Origin: Octopus vulgaris
Taxonomy: Eukaryota
DNA: 64,000 nt
NCBI GenBank assembly: GCA_951406725.2
Contig: OX597834.1
Span: forward strand, 33,666,001 to 33,730,000
Direction of reading: 5' to 3'
The notes under the pieces were generated by a model. It saw only the letters and a program-made list of their open reading frames with translations, was not told where the DNA came from and did not search any database. Of the stretch, positions 24,470 to 38,212 are shown piece by piece. Position 1 is the first letter of the stretch. The number at the start of each line of letters is the position of its first letter. The position numbers and the translations under genes are program-made.

Positions 24470-25367
24470 AAAATAGTCCAAGAGAGGTGTATACCGCAGG
24501 CTACTCGTCAGACCAAGATATCTTGATTAAATGAAAGTTTACATCGTCGCAAGGAGGTATACGCTAAGACATGGAAGATTCGATATATATATATATATAT
24601 TCAGATTACATGCATATGCATGTGTATAATGTGTGTGTGAGATCTATGTATATGTATATCTATGTATATCTATGGGTGTATCAGTAAATTCATGTGTGTA
24701 TATATACATATATTTATAAACGATTTATGTGTATATTTTATATATACATCTAGATGTATGTATGTATGTATATATGTATGTATGTATGTATGCGCGTCGT
24801 CATCATCATCATCATTATCATCACCACCATTTTCACCTGACTGACAATAATTAAAAAAAACAACAACAATAACAACAAAGAACAAACACTACCGACCACT
24901 ACCACCTTCACCACCACCACCACCACCAACAACAAGAACAACAAAACATTGAGAACAACATCATCATATCTCCGGCAATCTCCGGCTCTCTACGGCAATC
25001 TCCGGCTCTCTTCGGCAATCTCCGGCAATCAGCAACAGTAGCAAGAATGATTATTAAGAAGGAGAAAAAAAAAAAGAGAAAGAAAACGAAAATTGCGGAA
25101 GAGCATAGAAGTGGAATTGCGAACATGTGTGTATATGACAGCCTTTAAACGAAGATCTGGCGGGGAAGTGTTTCTTTCTGAGTGTACTAATATATATTTT
25201 CACAGCTGTATTGCAAGGGAGAATCAAACGGTATTTTGCCAGATCCGATAGGGACAGCAAGACGGTTCAAAAAAGCAGTTATACTTTAAAACAGCAATAT
25301 TTCTTGGTAATTCAAGGGGTGCTGATATGAGTTAGAGGGATGAGAGACACACATACACACGGAGAAT

Positions 25368-25468
<101 letters not shown>

Positions 25469-25520
25469 TATACATATATATATATACATACATACATACA
25501 TACATACACACACATATATA

Positions 25521-25554
<34 letters not shown>

Positions 25555-25561
25555 CACACAC

Positions 25562-25619
<58 letters not shown>

Positions 25620-25735
25620 GTTTGTATGTATATGCATATGTATGTATTAAATGGCAATATTTCTTACTAATTTAAGATGTTGATTTTAGGCAGAGGGTGA
25701 GAGAAAATATATATGTATGTGTGTTTGTGTGTGTA

Positions 25736-25774
<39 letters not shown>

Positions 25775-26193
25775 TTGTGTGTGTATGATGGGGGTAGATG
25801 TGTCTAGTGCAGTAGTGCTTGCAGCCCTCTTGTTTACAATTCTCTACCGTTGGTAAGCCCATGTGGTGAAAAGAGAAGCGGTCTCATATGCGAGGTTTCC
25901 CCTGCTAATCGAGAGAACCTTTCTCTCTCATCAACGAGCCTGCGGTCATACACGGCCATTAGGTGCTTTGCGTTGCGGCTCTAGGCTAACTTCGAAGGGG
26001 GACTCGGGGCGGTATTGGGGCCTTGGGATATAGTGTGCAGGCCCACCCTTGTGGATATGCTTCCTGCTCTGTAAGTAAATCTAGTAAAATAAAGGAGAAA
26101 AGAAAAAAAATATTTAAAAAAACAGTGATAATAATAATTGCAATTGAAATATGCATTGTCGACATGCAGTAAAGTACTATTTACTGTCTAAGT

Positions 26194-26505
26194 CAGGGGT
26201 TCTCAACTATTTTTTATCTAGGGACCCCTTTGATTACTTTTTTAATCCAGTAGATATCCCCCGCCCCTAACCATTTGATGTTTGAAAACTAGTTTTATAG
26301 AAACTTTTTTCAAAATTCCTATTTTCACACATTAATTTGTGTAGGTTGTACTAGGTAAAATGTTAGTAAAAGAAACCTTGCTGTTCTTTTTTTTTAGGGG
26401 CTCTTGGACTTTTTCAGGATCCTCGATTCACTATTTTATTACGTGGACCCCTAAAAATCCCAATGAACCCACAGGGGCCATATGGACTCCGGTTGAGAAC
26501 CACTG
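26194..26505. mobile_element. hAT-Charlie-like MITE, 312 bp
   Basis: TIR CAGGGGTTCTCAAC/GTTGAGAACCACTG; decayed 8-bp flanks GTCTAAGT/GTCAAATC. Confidence 0.85.
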
Positions 26506-26519
26506 GTCAAATCTGTTTC

Positions 26520-26675
26520 AGGCATTGAATGACATTAAGGAGTGGTCGTTATCTCTTTGCGTTCCCGTGGCGCAGAGCCGCTGCGTCACCTTACTCAGTG
26601 CCTATGTACCAACTCAGCCTCTTAAAAGTCAGGACAAGGACCGCTTCTCTTAAACATTAGATAAGACACTGACTT
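26520..26675 (+). mobile_element. RTE-type APE endonuclease fragment
   Basis: SLCVPVAQSRCVTLLSAYVPT...QDKDRFS*TLD resembles T.ISAYAPT...KD.FY..L. Confidence 0.75.
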
Positions 26676-27092
26676 AAATACTCAAAATGCAACGAACCTG
26701 TACAAATACTATAAGGCATCCACTGCAATGTTGTTACAGATCCGCAAATCAACCCACCTTTGGATTGATGCTTTCTTTTTTCATCTTTTTATCGACAACG
26801 AATGGATACAAAGCAAAATTGACTCCTGCGGGAATTAAACTCTGATCCCAAAGAAAGGGAGAATCGGAATAAATGCTGTGATGCATTCTGTCCGATGATT
26901 TAACGGCTCTACCAATTCGTCCGTTAGAATTTCTTCTCTTTCTCGCAACAAAATATTTTACTGCACTTTGCAAACGTTTTGCGAATCTACGAAATTTTGT
27001 CATCTCCAGTCTTCTCTCTAACGTGAAAATATAAACTTTGCACAGGCAAAAAGCATTTATCAGAATGATATATATGCGAGTAAGAACACACA

Positions 27093-27163
<71 letters not shown>

Positions 27164-27261
27164 ACACACACACACACACATACATACACATATCTTGTGT
27201 AACCGGCTAAAGTTACACAATGACTCAAGGCCCGATTATATATAAAATTTTTTTTTTTCTT

Positions 27262-27402
27262 CATTGTCCACAAGGGGCTAAACATAGAGGGGACAAACAA
27301 GGACAGACAAAGAGATTAAGTCGATTACATCGTCCCCAGTGCGAAACTGGTACTTTATTTATTGACCACGAAAGGGTGAAAGGCAAAGTCGACTTCGGCG
27401 GA
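27262..27402 (-). mobile_element. SINE family A fragment
   Basis: CCACAAGGGGCTAAACATAGAGGGGACAAACAAGGACAGAC...GGCAAAGTCGACTTCGGCGGAAT. Confidence 0.85.
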
Positions 27403-27433
<31 letters not shown>

Positions 27434-27646
27434 TGTAAATGTACTCCTGCTTCGAGTTCTATTTTCTGTTTGTGTCACCAAACTATCTCTCTCTCTCTCT
27501 CTCTATCTGTCCATCAGTTTGTCTGTCTGTCTGTCTATTATATGTGTGTGTGTGTTTGTGTGAGTATGTGTGTATGTGTTTGTGTGCTTTCGTATATGTG
27601 TGTATGTATGTGTACATATGTTCATATTTGTGTATACAGATGTATA

Positions 27647-27695
<49 letters not shown>

Positions 27696-27809
27696 TCTAT
27701 GCGTGTTCATTGTTGTGTGTAATAGGCTTCTGTTGGTAGATCAAGGTGAATAGTTTTTCAGGAATTGAACGGAGCTGGGTTCGCGAGTATCAAAGCAATG
27801 ATTCTGAGA

Positions 27810-27848
<39 letters not shown>

Positions 27849-27879
27849 AAAAAAAGATATAGGAAGGAAAGAAGAGAAT

Positions 27880-28100
27880 AGAAGTTTCGATAGATTGGTC
27901 ATGTCATCCGAAAGGATGACTCACAAAAGTCCGTGTCGGCTCTTTCATGCCGTTCTGGCACTTGGCCAAAGTAACGTTGGACATCTCCAAGGAACCAGTC
28001 AGAAATTGCATCGACGACCAGCACCATTAATATTATGGCAAAGTGGTGGAGTAGCTTGGAAGCTGGTATGAGCTCGTGTCAGTGAGTAGCAGATTCGATT
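27880..28100 (+). mobile_element. Old RTE-like LINE C-terminal relic
   Basis: IGHVIRKDDSQKSVSALS...WSSLE resembles WIGHVLRK.......AL.W. Confidence 0.55.
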
Positions 28101-28268
28101 AAACACACACACGCACGCACACATACATACACACACACGCACGCACACACACACACACGCACGCATGCACACACACACACGCACACACAAACACAATCAT
28201 GCACACACACACATACACGTACACACAAAAACAAACATTCGCATATTCACACACACATACACACTTTC

Positions 28269-28303
<35 letters not shown>

Positions 28304-28734
28304 TACACATACATGCGCACTGACAAACACAAGTACAAACACAGACATACGATTATAGACACATACACACACATGCATACTCACCCGCAAACACACATAC
28401 ACACACACTAAATCATGTGCATACACAAACACATGAACGCATATAAACAAAAACACAAACACATACGCACACACTCAAGCGCACATACGCACAAATACAA
28501 ATTTCATACGCACGAACACACAGAGCCACAGACATGCACACACGCACAAGCACACACACACACACACGCACACACACACACACACAGATATGCACACACG
28601 CGCAAACAAAGATGAATCTCATTTTTAATGTTGACTCAAATGGACTAAAACATTGAATTAAGTGGACATTCGTAAAACTCGAAAATTCTGTTCGTGGTTT
28701 TCGCGAAATAAGGCAGGGCGACGATGGATACGGC

Positions 28735-28767
<33 letters not shown>

Positions 28768-29552
28768 GAGAGAAAACAGACAGAGATAGGGTGATACAGC
28801 GAGGGAGGGAGAGGCTAACAAAGAAAGAAAGAAAAACAGACAGAGCGAGAAAAAAGAGAAAGAGACAGATACAGAGAGAGGGAGAGAGAGAGAGAAGCGG
28901 GAGAGAGAGAGAGAGTGTGTGTGTGTGTGTGAAAGAGAGGGAGAGAGAGCGGGAGAGAGAGAGAGACATACAGACAGAGATAGGGAGATACAGAGAGGGA
29001 GGGAGAGAGAAAGAGAGAGGCTAACATAAGCAGAAAGAAAGAGAAACAGACAGAGCGAGAAAAAAAGAGAAAGTGACAGACAGATACAGAGAGGGAGAGA
29101 GAGAAAGAAAAGGGAGAAGGTAATACCATTAACGAAAGGCGATTGGTGTTACAGATAGATTCGAGTGAAAATTGGAAGAGCAGACGACAATCCGATACGT
29201 AGAAAGCAGAAGACCGTTGTGATAATGGCGGGAAGACACTCGTAGACGGCAACGGAGACAATGCACGGCGTACAATGGGTGATCGCTGAGTAGTTTTCTA
29301 CACAACACAAGAGATGGCACCACATGGCTTAAATGCATGCCTTGGTCACTGAGAGAATTTTGAGTACCAGTGGCTGAGAAAGGGATTTTATTGTTGACAC
29401 TGAGATATTGTTATCTAGTTGTCTGTCTGGACATAATAAAACTGATCGAAACGACATGACGACTGCGAACTAAGTAGTTACAAATGCCTGTGTGTAAGTG
29501 CGCACGCGAATGTGTACGTGCGTGTGTTTGTGTGTGTGTGTGAGAGAGAGAG

Positions 29553-29586
<34 letters not shown>

Positions 29587-29869
29587 TCAGTTTTCTTTGG
29601 GCTTACAACTGCGCTGCTAAATAGTGAAAATTTATCAATTTATTAAAGTTTTGCAATAATATAGGGCCATCGCAACCCTCTCGCATAGTCTCCAACAAGC
29701 TTTACTGGCGAAAGAAATCCAGAGAAGTATTCAAACTCTACTACCAACCCAAGGCAAAAAAAACACACTCTTGTTACTGCCACTGAGCAGCAACAACAAC
29801 AACAACAACAACAACAACAAACATGATGTACAGATACTGAAGAAAGGCCAAGAAGCTGCTGCCTTACCA

Positions 29870-30860
29870 ACGACATTCCTCCTTATTGCCGAAGGTATCA
29901 ACCCAGCCATCAAGGCTCAAAAATGGAAAATACTCTACATTGAGGGATGGATTGCAGCACACTCAGATCCAATCCCTTTCTTTGTCCTAACTGAGACCCA
30001 CTTAAACGACCGTCATTCAGAGGCTGAACTGAAAATCAGAGACTTCACTGCCATTGGCGCTGATCGGGCAGACCGAAGAAAGGGTTGGGTTGCTGTTTTC
30101 CTCCATAATTCTTTCAGCGCAGATACCAAGGACATTTTCTCCAACGGCATAAAAAGAAAAAGCAATATGCAGTTGAACGAATAAAAATTTGAGCTCATCC
30201 ACTTTGCAAAAGAGGGCACACTCAAACAACCATATGCACTCCCGTCGAGAGACCTACTTGAACCATTGGATAATATCAAAGACTAAGGTCGACAGCAACT
30301 TTAGATGGAGTGTGCACATCAACAAAAAAGTCGATGTTGCCCGCAGAATGTTCTCATGGATCCTCAGAAGTTTCCTATCTAGGGATCATGAAACCATCAT
30401 CCTTCTCTTCTCCACATTCGCTAGGCTCCACCTCGAATACTGCTGCCCATTGTGGTCCCCCTACAAAAAACAAGACGTAATAAGGATCGAAGCGCTACAA
30501 AGATCAATCACACACAAAAAAAATAAATGGCATTAAGGGACTTGATTAAACAGCTCGACTTAAACTGCTGAAGCTCTATTCTCTGCAACGCCGCCGTGAG
30601 CGATACATTATTTGCACCGTGTGGAAAATATTCCACCAATATTATCCAAATGATATCGGTATTATGTTTACAATTCACCCAAGACTAGGCACCCGTGCAA
30701 TGCGTCCCCTACAAAGATTGAGATCACATTCACATAAGAACATTGCGATACAATTTCTTCACTGCTAGTGGCTCTGCCCTCTTCAATATTATCCCAATAG
30801 AAATTAAAGTAGAAAAAGACCCCACAACTTTCAAACGGTACCTCGACAAGTTCCTCCAGT
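29870..30860 (+). mobile_element. CR1-group LINE ORF2 relic with large internal deletion
   Basis: APE N-terminus (FVLTETHL...DRADRRKGWVAVF) joined near 30150 to the RT C-terminus (NMQLNE*KF...WSVHINK...LEYCCPLWSPY...IEALQRS...LYSLQRRRERY...FKRYLDKFL). Confidence 0.9.
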
Positions 30861-31414
30861 GCCAAAACGATACTGATTTGTGTCATCGATGCAAAAAGAA
30901 TTGTCCACGCAAAATTTGTTCCTCTCGTTTAAACTATTAACCAGACATTTTACTTGCAGTTCTGAAGCGTTTGCGAGACACGGTAAAACGAAAACGCCTC
31001 GACCAGTGACGAAGTGGAGAGTGGTGGTTTCATTACGACAATGCGCCTGCGTACACCGTCTTGAGTATGAAACAGTTTTTGACTAAAAATGGCATGACCC
31101 CTGCATATCCACGCTCCCTATTCGCCAGACCTTGCTCTCTGCGACTTTTTTTGGTTCCCCGAATGAAAAAAAAAGTCCTTAAAGGAAAACATTTTGCAGA
31201 TGTGGAAGGGGTGAAGAAGAAAAAAAGCGATGGAGACGTTAAAAGGCATCAATTCACAAGAGTTCCAGGACTGCTTCGAACAGTGGAAAACACGTTTGGA
31301 CTGATGCATTGCTTCAAATGGAGAATAATTTAAAGGCGGTAAAAGTGTAAACATGTAAAACTAAGAGAATAGAATGATATTGCAAAATTACGGTTCCTTT
31401 GGGGTATCTCCTTG
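30861..31414 (+). mobile_element. Mariner transposase C-terminal relic with 3' TIR
   Basis: TINQTFYLQ..KRLRD...WWFHYDNAPAYT...PYSPDLALCDFFLVPRMK..LKGKHF...FEQWKTRLD*CIASNGE; ends in a TIR followed by TA. Confidence 0.9.
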
Positions 31415-31470
31415 TATACATGTAAATATACATACATAGATACATATATATATATATGTATGTACATACA

Positions 31471-31502
<32 letters not shown>

Positions 31503-31540
31503 CATATTATATATATACATATATATATATATGTACATAC

Positions 31541-31573
<33 letters not shown>

Positions 31574-31976
31574 TGTATGTATGTATAAATTACCTCTACA
31601 CTTCAAAAACTGTATTAAGTAATCCTCATAGACTTTCAAAGATATGTGTGTAATCTAATACATACGCAAATATATATATATATATACATATATCTATATA
31701 TATATATATGCATATATATATATATGTATGTATGTAGGTATGTATGTATGTATGATGTATGTGTGTGTATGTATGTATGTAGGTATGTATCTGTGTATGT
31801 ATGTATGTATGTATGTATGTATGTATGTATGTACACACACATAAATAAACCCACACCCACACCCACTTATATATACAGACAGATAACTATTTATCTTCCG
31901 GTAGTCACTCACGTGTTGATGTAAGGAAGAAGAATTAAAGCCGCAGGCAATGTATATACAATATGTAATGTACGTG

Positions 31977-32019
<43 letters not shown>

Positions 32020-32258
32020 ATTCTAATGCAACATCGGGTTGTTAACAATTAACTGTTGTGTTCTCTTCGTCGAGTTCTCTTCTGTTGACTGATTTACCTC
32101 GGGGTAGTTAAGGTGTGTGTGTTTGTGTGTGTGTGTGTGGGTGAATGCGAGGTTCTTTTCATGTATGTATTTGGTTATATGTGTGTGTGTGTGTATAAAT
32201 GTGTGTTTGTGTGCGTGTTTGTGCTTGTGTTTATGTGTGTGTATGAATGTATGTGTGT

Positions 32259-32303
<45 letters not shown>

Positions 32304-32489
32304 TGTAAGAACACACATGTACACACACACCTGTTCTCATACAAGTTTGTATGTATGTATGTATGACTGTGTCGGTGCGAAAATTCGAGCGCGCGCGTAT
32401 TCTTTCATAGACAGTATACCAACGAAAGGTAACAAACATTAATTCACACACACACACACACAACATATATACATACATACATACATACA

Positions 32490-32524
<35 letters not shown>

Positions 32525-32908
32525 AGCCACACCAGACTGACGGACAGTTACCTAGAAACAGTTGTAGTTTGACATATCGAGGGACGAAATATTTCGATAA
32601 AAATCCGTTTCATTATGGATGACATCACACTGATAGCATTGTGGACATCTAATCTAGAGGTCAGTGGTTCGCAGCCGTTATCGGCGCTGTGGTGTCTGTG
32701 ACCAATATCCGTGACACTCATCCACCTAGCGTGAACTACAGTCTACCTGGCTGGAAAATGTCGAAGGCTGTCTTTTATCTTTTCAGTCAAAAAAAGGTTT
32801 TTTTCAATCCAATATTTACCTGATAGCTTTATGTGCTTAGAGATACAATTCCCAAAACGAGTACTTCCACGTTCTCTCGAAAGTTTTTAGATTCTATTAA
32901 GTCAACAA

Positions 32909-32991
<83 letters not shown>

Positions 32992-33295
32992 ATGGATGAA
33001 TGTATGTATGTATGTATGTATGTATGCATATATATATATATGTGTGTGTGTGTGTATAAACTAAATTAGAGATAAAACCACTATTAGGCAAATCAACCAG
33101 TGAAAAACATAACCCAAAACATAAAAATAATTAATATAATATACAAAATATATAAAATATAAAATTTAAAAATTTAAATTGAAAATTAAAATTAATTTAT
33201 ATTTATAAATTTTTAAATTAAAAAAAAATTATTTTTTTTATTAAATATATATAATTATAAAAAAGTATTAAAAAAAATTTAATATAAGATAAAAA

Positions 33296-33368
<73 letters not shown>

Positions 33369-33370
<2 letters not shown>

Positions 33371-33757
33371 CGCAGGAGTGGCTGTGTGGTAAGTAGCTTG
33401 CTAACCAACCATATGGTTCCGGGTTCAGTCCCACTGCGTGGCATCTTGGGCAAGTGTCTTCTGCTATAGCCCCGGGCCGACCAATGCCTTGTGAGTGGAT
33501 TTGGTAGACGGAAACTGAAAGAAGCCTGTCGTAAATATGTATATATATATATATGTATGTGTGTGTGTTTGTGTGTCTGTGTTTGTCCCCCTTGCATTGC
33601 TTGACAACCGATGCTGGTGTGTTTACGTCCCCGTCAAAAAGAGACCGATAGAATAAGTACTGGGCTTACAAAAAGAATAAGTCCCGTGGTCGAGTTGCTC
33701 GATAAAAGGCGGTGCTGCAGTCAAATGACTGAAACAAGTAAAAGAGAGTAAAAGAGA

Positions 33758-33760
<3 letters not shown>
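33369..33760 (+). mobile_element. Near full-length SINE family B
   Basis: GGCGCAGGAGTGGCTGTGTGGTAAG head, GGGTTCAGTCCC B box, CTTGGGCAAGT, internal (TA)(TG)n, tail GACTGAAACAAGTAAAAGA; inverted decayed copy at about 33795-33930. Confidence 0.92.
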
Positions 33761-33798
<38 letters not shown>

Positions 33799-34357
33799 TC
33801 TACTAAATTCACTCTCAAAGCGTTGCTCGATGAGGAGTTCTGGTAGAAGATACTCACCCAGGGTGTCACGCAGTGGGATTGAACACGAAACCAATTATTT
33901 CTGGAGCGAACTTCCTAACCACACAGCCAGCCACTGTCTAGGTCTAAATATGAATCCCGTACAGGCTGTTACTAAAATTTTCTTTGACGCGGTTCACACA
34001 ATTTAGAATATGGGACACAGGAAATACGGCCATATTAGTATTGTTCTACAGGTTAAAATATAGGATACGCTATTGACTACATCTAAAAGTAGATGGTTTA
34101 TCTTCATTTATCTTTGGTGAATAAATAGCTCTAACCAAGAGGAATTGATGTCATCAAATGGTATCCAATGCTTATTGGGTGTTTCGATCCAGGTGCCTTC
34201 TACTATAGCCCCTTTCCAACCCGGTCCGACCAAAGCCCTGAGTCGATTTGGTTGACGGAAACCGAAAGAAACCAGTCATACATACATACTAGCATAGCTA
34301 GAGTGTGTGCCGCCCCCGGACCCCACGAAAAACATATTGCCTATTGCCTTAAAGACA

Positions 34358-34414
<57 letters not shown>

Positions 34415-34436
34415 GATCGAAGGTGCGTGGGTGTAT

Positions 34437-34478
<42 letters not shown>

Positions 34479-34669
34479 CAGTGAGAGGTGAGGGGGAAGG
34501 GCTTGGATGGCAAACGTTGTCTTCGAAAAAAAAAACCTGGAAGAAAAAATACAGAGCATGTTTGGATGGTAAACTTTACTGGATCAGAGATGACTTGGGG
34601 CTAAGTACCACAAACACCATCGCCTGCACCACCTACACAAGAGTAGAAAAGGAAATATATGACGTAATG

Positions 34670-34832
34670 ATATGTGACATAGATATATGAGAATTTGGAG
34701 TGTGTGACCTGGGGATATGTGACTGAGAAATGGGATTTGTGGATATGTGACTTGGGGATATGTAACGTGGAAATGTGTGACGTTGGATATATGTAACGTG
34801 GGGCTTGGGGAAGGAGGAATATGTGACGTGAA
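34670..34832. repeat. Diverged ~15-bp minisatellite (GGGGATATGTGACTT-like)
   Basis: Recurring ATATGTGAC/ATATGTAAC. Confidence 0.75.
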
Positions 34833-35159
34833 GACTTTCTCATTGACCTTCGTCGGCCCTTGAAGCAGTTGAAATCGAAGTGGTTAACGTTTTTCTCCTA
34901 AGTCAGTATCTGCTGCAGAGGGGGTGGGGGAAACAAAACATACAAACATGAGTAGAGAAGGAATTCCAGGCGGTGGGATCCTTAGTAAGGGCGAAACCTA
35001 GAACCTTTTGCAGTCTGAAAATTTCTAAAGAATGGTTATATTTTCTTGATAAGCTTAGAATAATGGACTCTCCTGTCGAAGACGACGTATGAGGGTTCAG
35101 CATCTGTTTTCTTTTTGTTTGTTTTTTTGCCAAACGACCTGCTCAAATGATTTGTTTAT

Positions 35160-35803
35160 AATCCTTTCTACTATAGGCAAATGGCCTGAAATTTGTGTGG
35201 AGGGGCCTAGACGATTATATCGACCCAGTGTTTCACTGGTGCTTAATTTATCGACCCTGAAAGGATGAAAGGCATAGTTGACCTCGGCAGAATTTGAACT
35301 CAGAACGTAGCGACAGACTAAATACCTATTTTTTTACTACCAACAAGGGGTTAAACACAGAGGGGACAAACAAGGACAGACAAACGGATTAAATCAATTA
35401 TATCGACCCGAGTGCGTAACTGGTACTTATTTAATAGGCGGCAAGCTGGCAGAAACGTTAGCACGCCGGGCGAAATGCGTAGCCGTATTTCATCTGCCGT
35501 TACGTTCTGAGTTCAAATTCCGCCGCGGTCGACTTTTCCTTTCATCCTTTCGGGGTCGATAAATTAAGTACCAGTTACGCACTGGGGTCGATGTAATCGA
35601 CTTAATCCGTTTACCTGTCCTTGTTTGTCCCCTCTGTGTTTAGCCCCTTGTGGGTAGTAAAGAAATAGGTACTTATTTAATCGACCCCGAAAGGATGAAA
35701 GGCAAAGTCGACCTCGGTGGAATTTGAACTCAGAACGTAGCGACAGACGAAATACCACTAAGCATCTTGCCCGGCGTGCTACCGATTCTGCCAGCTCGTC
35801 GCC
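35160..35803. mobile_element. Nested SINE A cluster: plus copy 35436-35667 inside a minus multimer
   Basis: 14-bp TSD GGTACTTATTTAAT at 35422-35435 and 35668-35681. Confidence 0.9.
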
Positions 35804-35809
35804 TTAATG

Positions 35810-36016
35810 ATTTGTTTATAATGATCAAATGCATGTGCTGCACATTAGCTCATTCAGCTTGCATTAAATCGACATGGTCTGAACAGGTGCACAGTCTACC
35901 ACGAGTCCCAGGTGTCGAAGTGATCGTAGAGCAACGTAAGAACGCACCACCCGGTCTAGGAATCGAAACCACGATCTCGCGATCATGAGTGCAACACCCT
36001 AACCACTAGCCATGCG
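35810..36016 (-). mobile_element. tRNA-derived SINE, third head type, decayed
   Basis: GGAATCGAAACC...CCCTAACCACTAGCCA (reverse B and A boxes); related heads near 19400-19470, 42590-42640 and 60268-60333. Confidence 0.7.
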
Positions 36017-36028
36017 TATGATAAGAAT

Positions 36029-36083
36029 AATGATGATGATGATGATGATGATAATGAGGAGGAGGAGGAGGAGGGGGATTTTG

Positions 36084-36115
<32 letters not shown>

Positions 36116-36152
36116 GATGATGGTGATGGTGATGGTGATGATGATGGTGATG

Positions 36153-36184
<32 letters not shown>

Positions 36185-36264
36185 GATGGTGGTGATGATG
36201 ATGATTATTATTATGATGATGGTGATGATGGTGATGATGATGATGATGATGATGGTGATGATGG

Positions 36265-36302
<38 letters not shown>

Positions 36303-36332
36303 GTGGTGATGATGATGATGATGATTATTATT

Positions 36333-36365
<33 letters not shown>

Positions 36366-36371
36366 ATTATT

Positions 36372-36403
<32 letters not shown>

Positions 36404-36555
36404 GATGATGATGTGATGATGATGATGATGATGATGATGGTGGTGATGATGATGATGATGGTGGTGATGATGATGATTATTATTATGATGATGGTGATGA
36501 TGGTGATGATGATGATGATGGTGATGATGGTGTGATGATGATGATGATGATGATA
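36029..36555. repeat. (GAT)n microsatellite
   Basis: Long imperfect trinucleotide array that produces the poly-Met ORF. Confidence 0.97.
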
Positions 36556-36982
36556 ATTCTTCCTACGGTAGGCCTAGTGCCGTGCATCCTCACCTCATAG
36601 AATAGAGGATCGGTTTAATGCTTTGTATCGATGACCCCATTTCATTGAATGGTTGATAAGCTATCAACTCCCATGATGTAAATTTCTAAAATAAAATTAA
36701 AAAGTGTCATTAATAAAAAAAAGAAAATCTCGATTTAATAAACCATAATTGTTTCGATTTTTGTATCATTACCGCTTTTTTTAATGAAAAGAAGAAAAAA
36801 AAAACATTTAAAGAAATTTAATGAAAACGCTTAACGAAATTGATAAAGTACAGCAAAAATTCAGTCATTTTATATTGATAAAGACGCAATATCGATCTCT
36901 TTGGCTAGCAACATGGATACACCTCTCCACCAGGTCAGTATTGACCACTCTCCTGATCCTTGGTTGAGGGAGAGGGAGAGAG

Positions 36983-37013
<31 letters not shown>

Positions 37014-37579
37014 AGAGAGAGTGTGTGTGCGTGTGTGTATGCATATGTATGCGTGTGTATGTGTGTTTGTATGTGTATGTGTATGTGTCTGGGCGCGCGT
37101 GTATGAATGCTATGTGCATGTGTGTGTATGTGTTTGTGTATGTGTGTGTGTATTGTGTGCTATGTGTGTGTGTGTATGTGTGTGTGTGTTGCTGTTGAAG
37201 ACATGACCTCATTGTCTGATGGTTTTGGAAACTTGTTCATGAAAAAACAACGAAGATTTGGCGCGAAGTGTGTAGGTTGTCTATGGATGACATCAATGCG
37301 AGCAACATGGGGGTAAAATGGAGGCTCCTTAAAGTGCAACGCATATTGCAAATTAAATAGGTTATTTCATACGAACACTGCAATACCCTCCCCAATTAAC
37401 CTCTCTTGTATGCAATTTTGAGGAATGCGATGTCGTTTGCAAAGTTTCATGTAGTGTTTTATTACGTAAAAACGAAACCCCGAAATTAATATCAAAATGT
37501 ACATCATTCTCAAAGGGCCAATATTTAAAGGTGAGACCTAATGCCACAAGCTGGCAGAATAGTAATAATAATAATAACT

Positions 37580-38212
37580 ATTCCTTTCTACTATATGCAC
37601 AAACCCTTAAATTTGGGTGGGTGGTGGTTAGTAGCCGATTACATCGATTCTAAATGTGCAACTAGAACTTATTTTCGTCGATTCCAAAAACGATAAAAGT
37701 CGACCTCGATGAAATCTGAATTCAGAACGTAAAGAACCCGAAGAAATGCCTCTTCTCCTGATCGTTGCATTTGAGCCCAAATTATGAATATTATAAATAT
37801 TTATTTCTTTATTGCTCACAGGAGCTAAACACAGAGGGAACAAACAAGGACAGATAAAGGGATTAAATCGATGACATCGACTCCAGTGCGTAGCTGGTAC
37901 TTATTTAATCGACCCCAAAAGGATGAAAGGTAAAGTCGACCTCGGCGGAATTTGAACTCAGAGCGTAACGGCAGAGAAAATACTTATTTCTTTATTACCC
38001 ACAAGGGGCTAAACACAGAGGAGACAAACAAGGACAGACAAACGGATTAAGTCGATAACATCGACTCCAGAGCGTAACTGGTACTTATTTAATCGACCCC
38101 GAAAGGATGAAAGGCAAAGTCGACCTCGGCGGAATTTGAACTCAGAACGTAACGGCAGACAAAATACTGCTAAGCGTTTCGCCCGGCGTGCTAACAATTC
38201 TGCCAGATCGCA
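37580..38212 (-). mobile_element. SINE family A copies, including a dimer at about 37800-38212
   Basis: Repeated GTCGACCTCGGCGGAATTTGAACTCAGA and head remnant. Confidence 0.88.

Larger units (their letters stand above)
23304..25040 (+). mobile_element. Helitron-like element (5' end) with internal 10-bp minisatellite, interrupted by other repeats
   Basis: A|TCTCTCTATATATAAACGG start; GGCAATCTCC-type monomers at 23445-23866 resume at 24968-25030; 3' CTAG end not found. Confidence 0.65.

Noticed and set aside
24470-24515. Minus-strand CUGACGA-GUAG...CUAU
   Set aside because: GAAA and cleavage site missing; relic at best.
27903-27920. GTCATCC-GAAA-GGATGAC GNRA hairpin as a structured RNA
   Set aside because: Falls within RTE coding relic HVIRKDD; no supporting structure.
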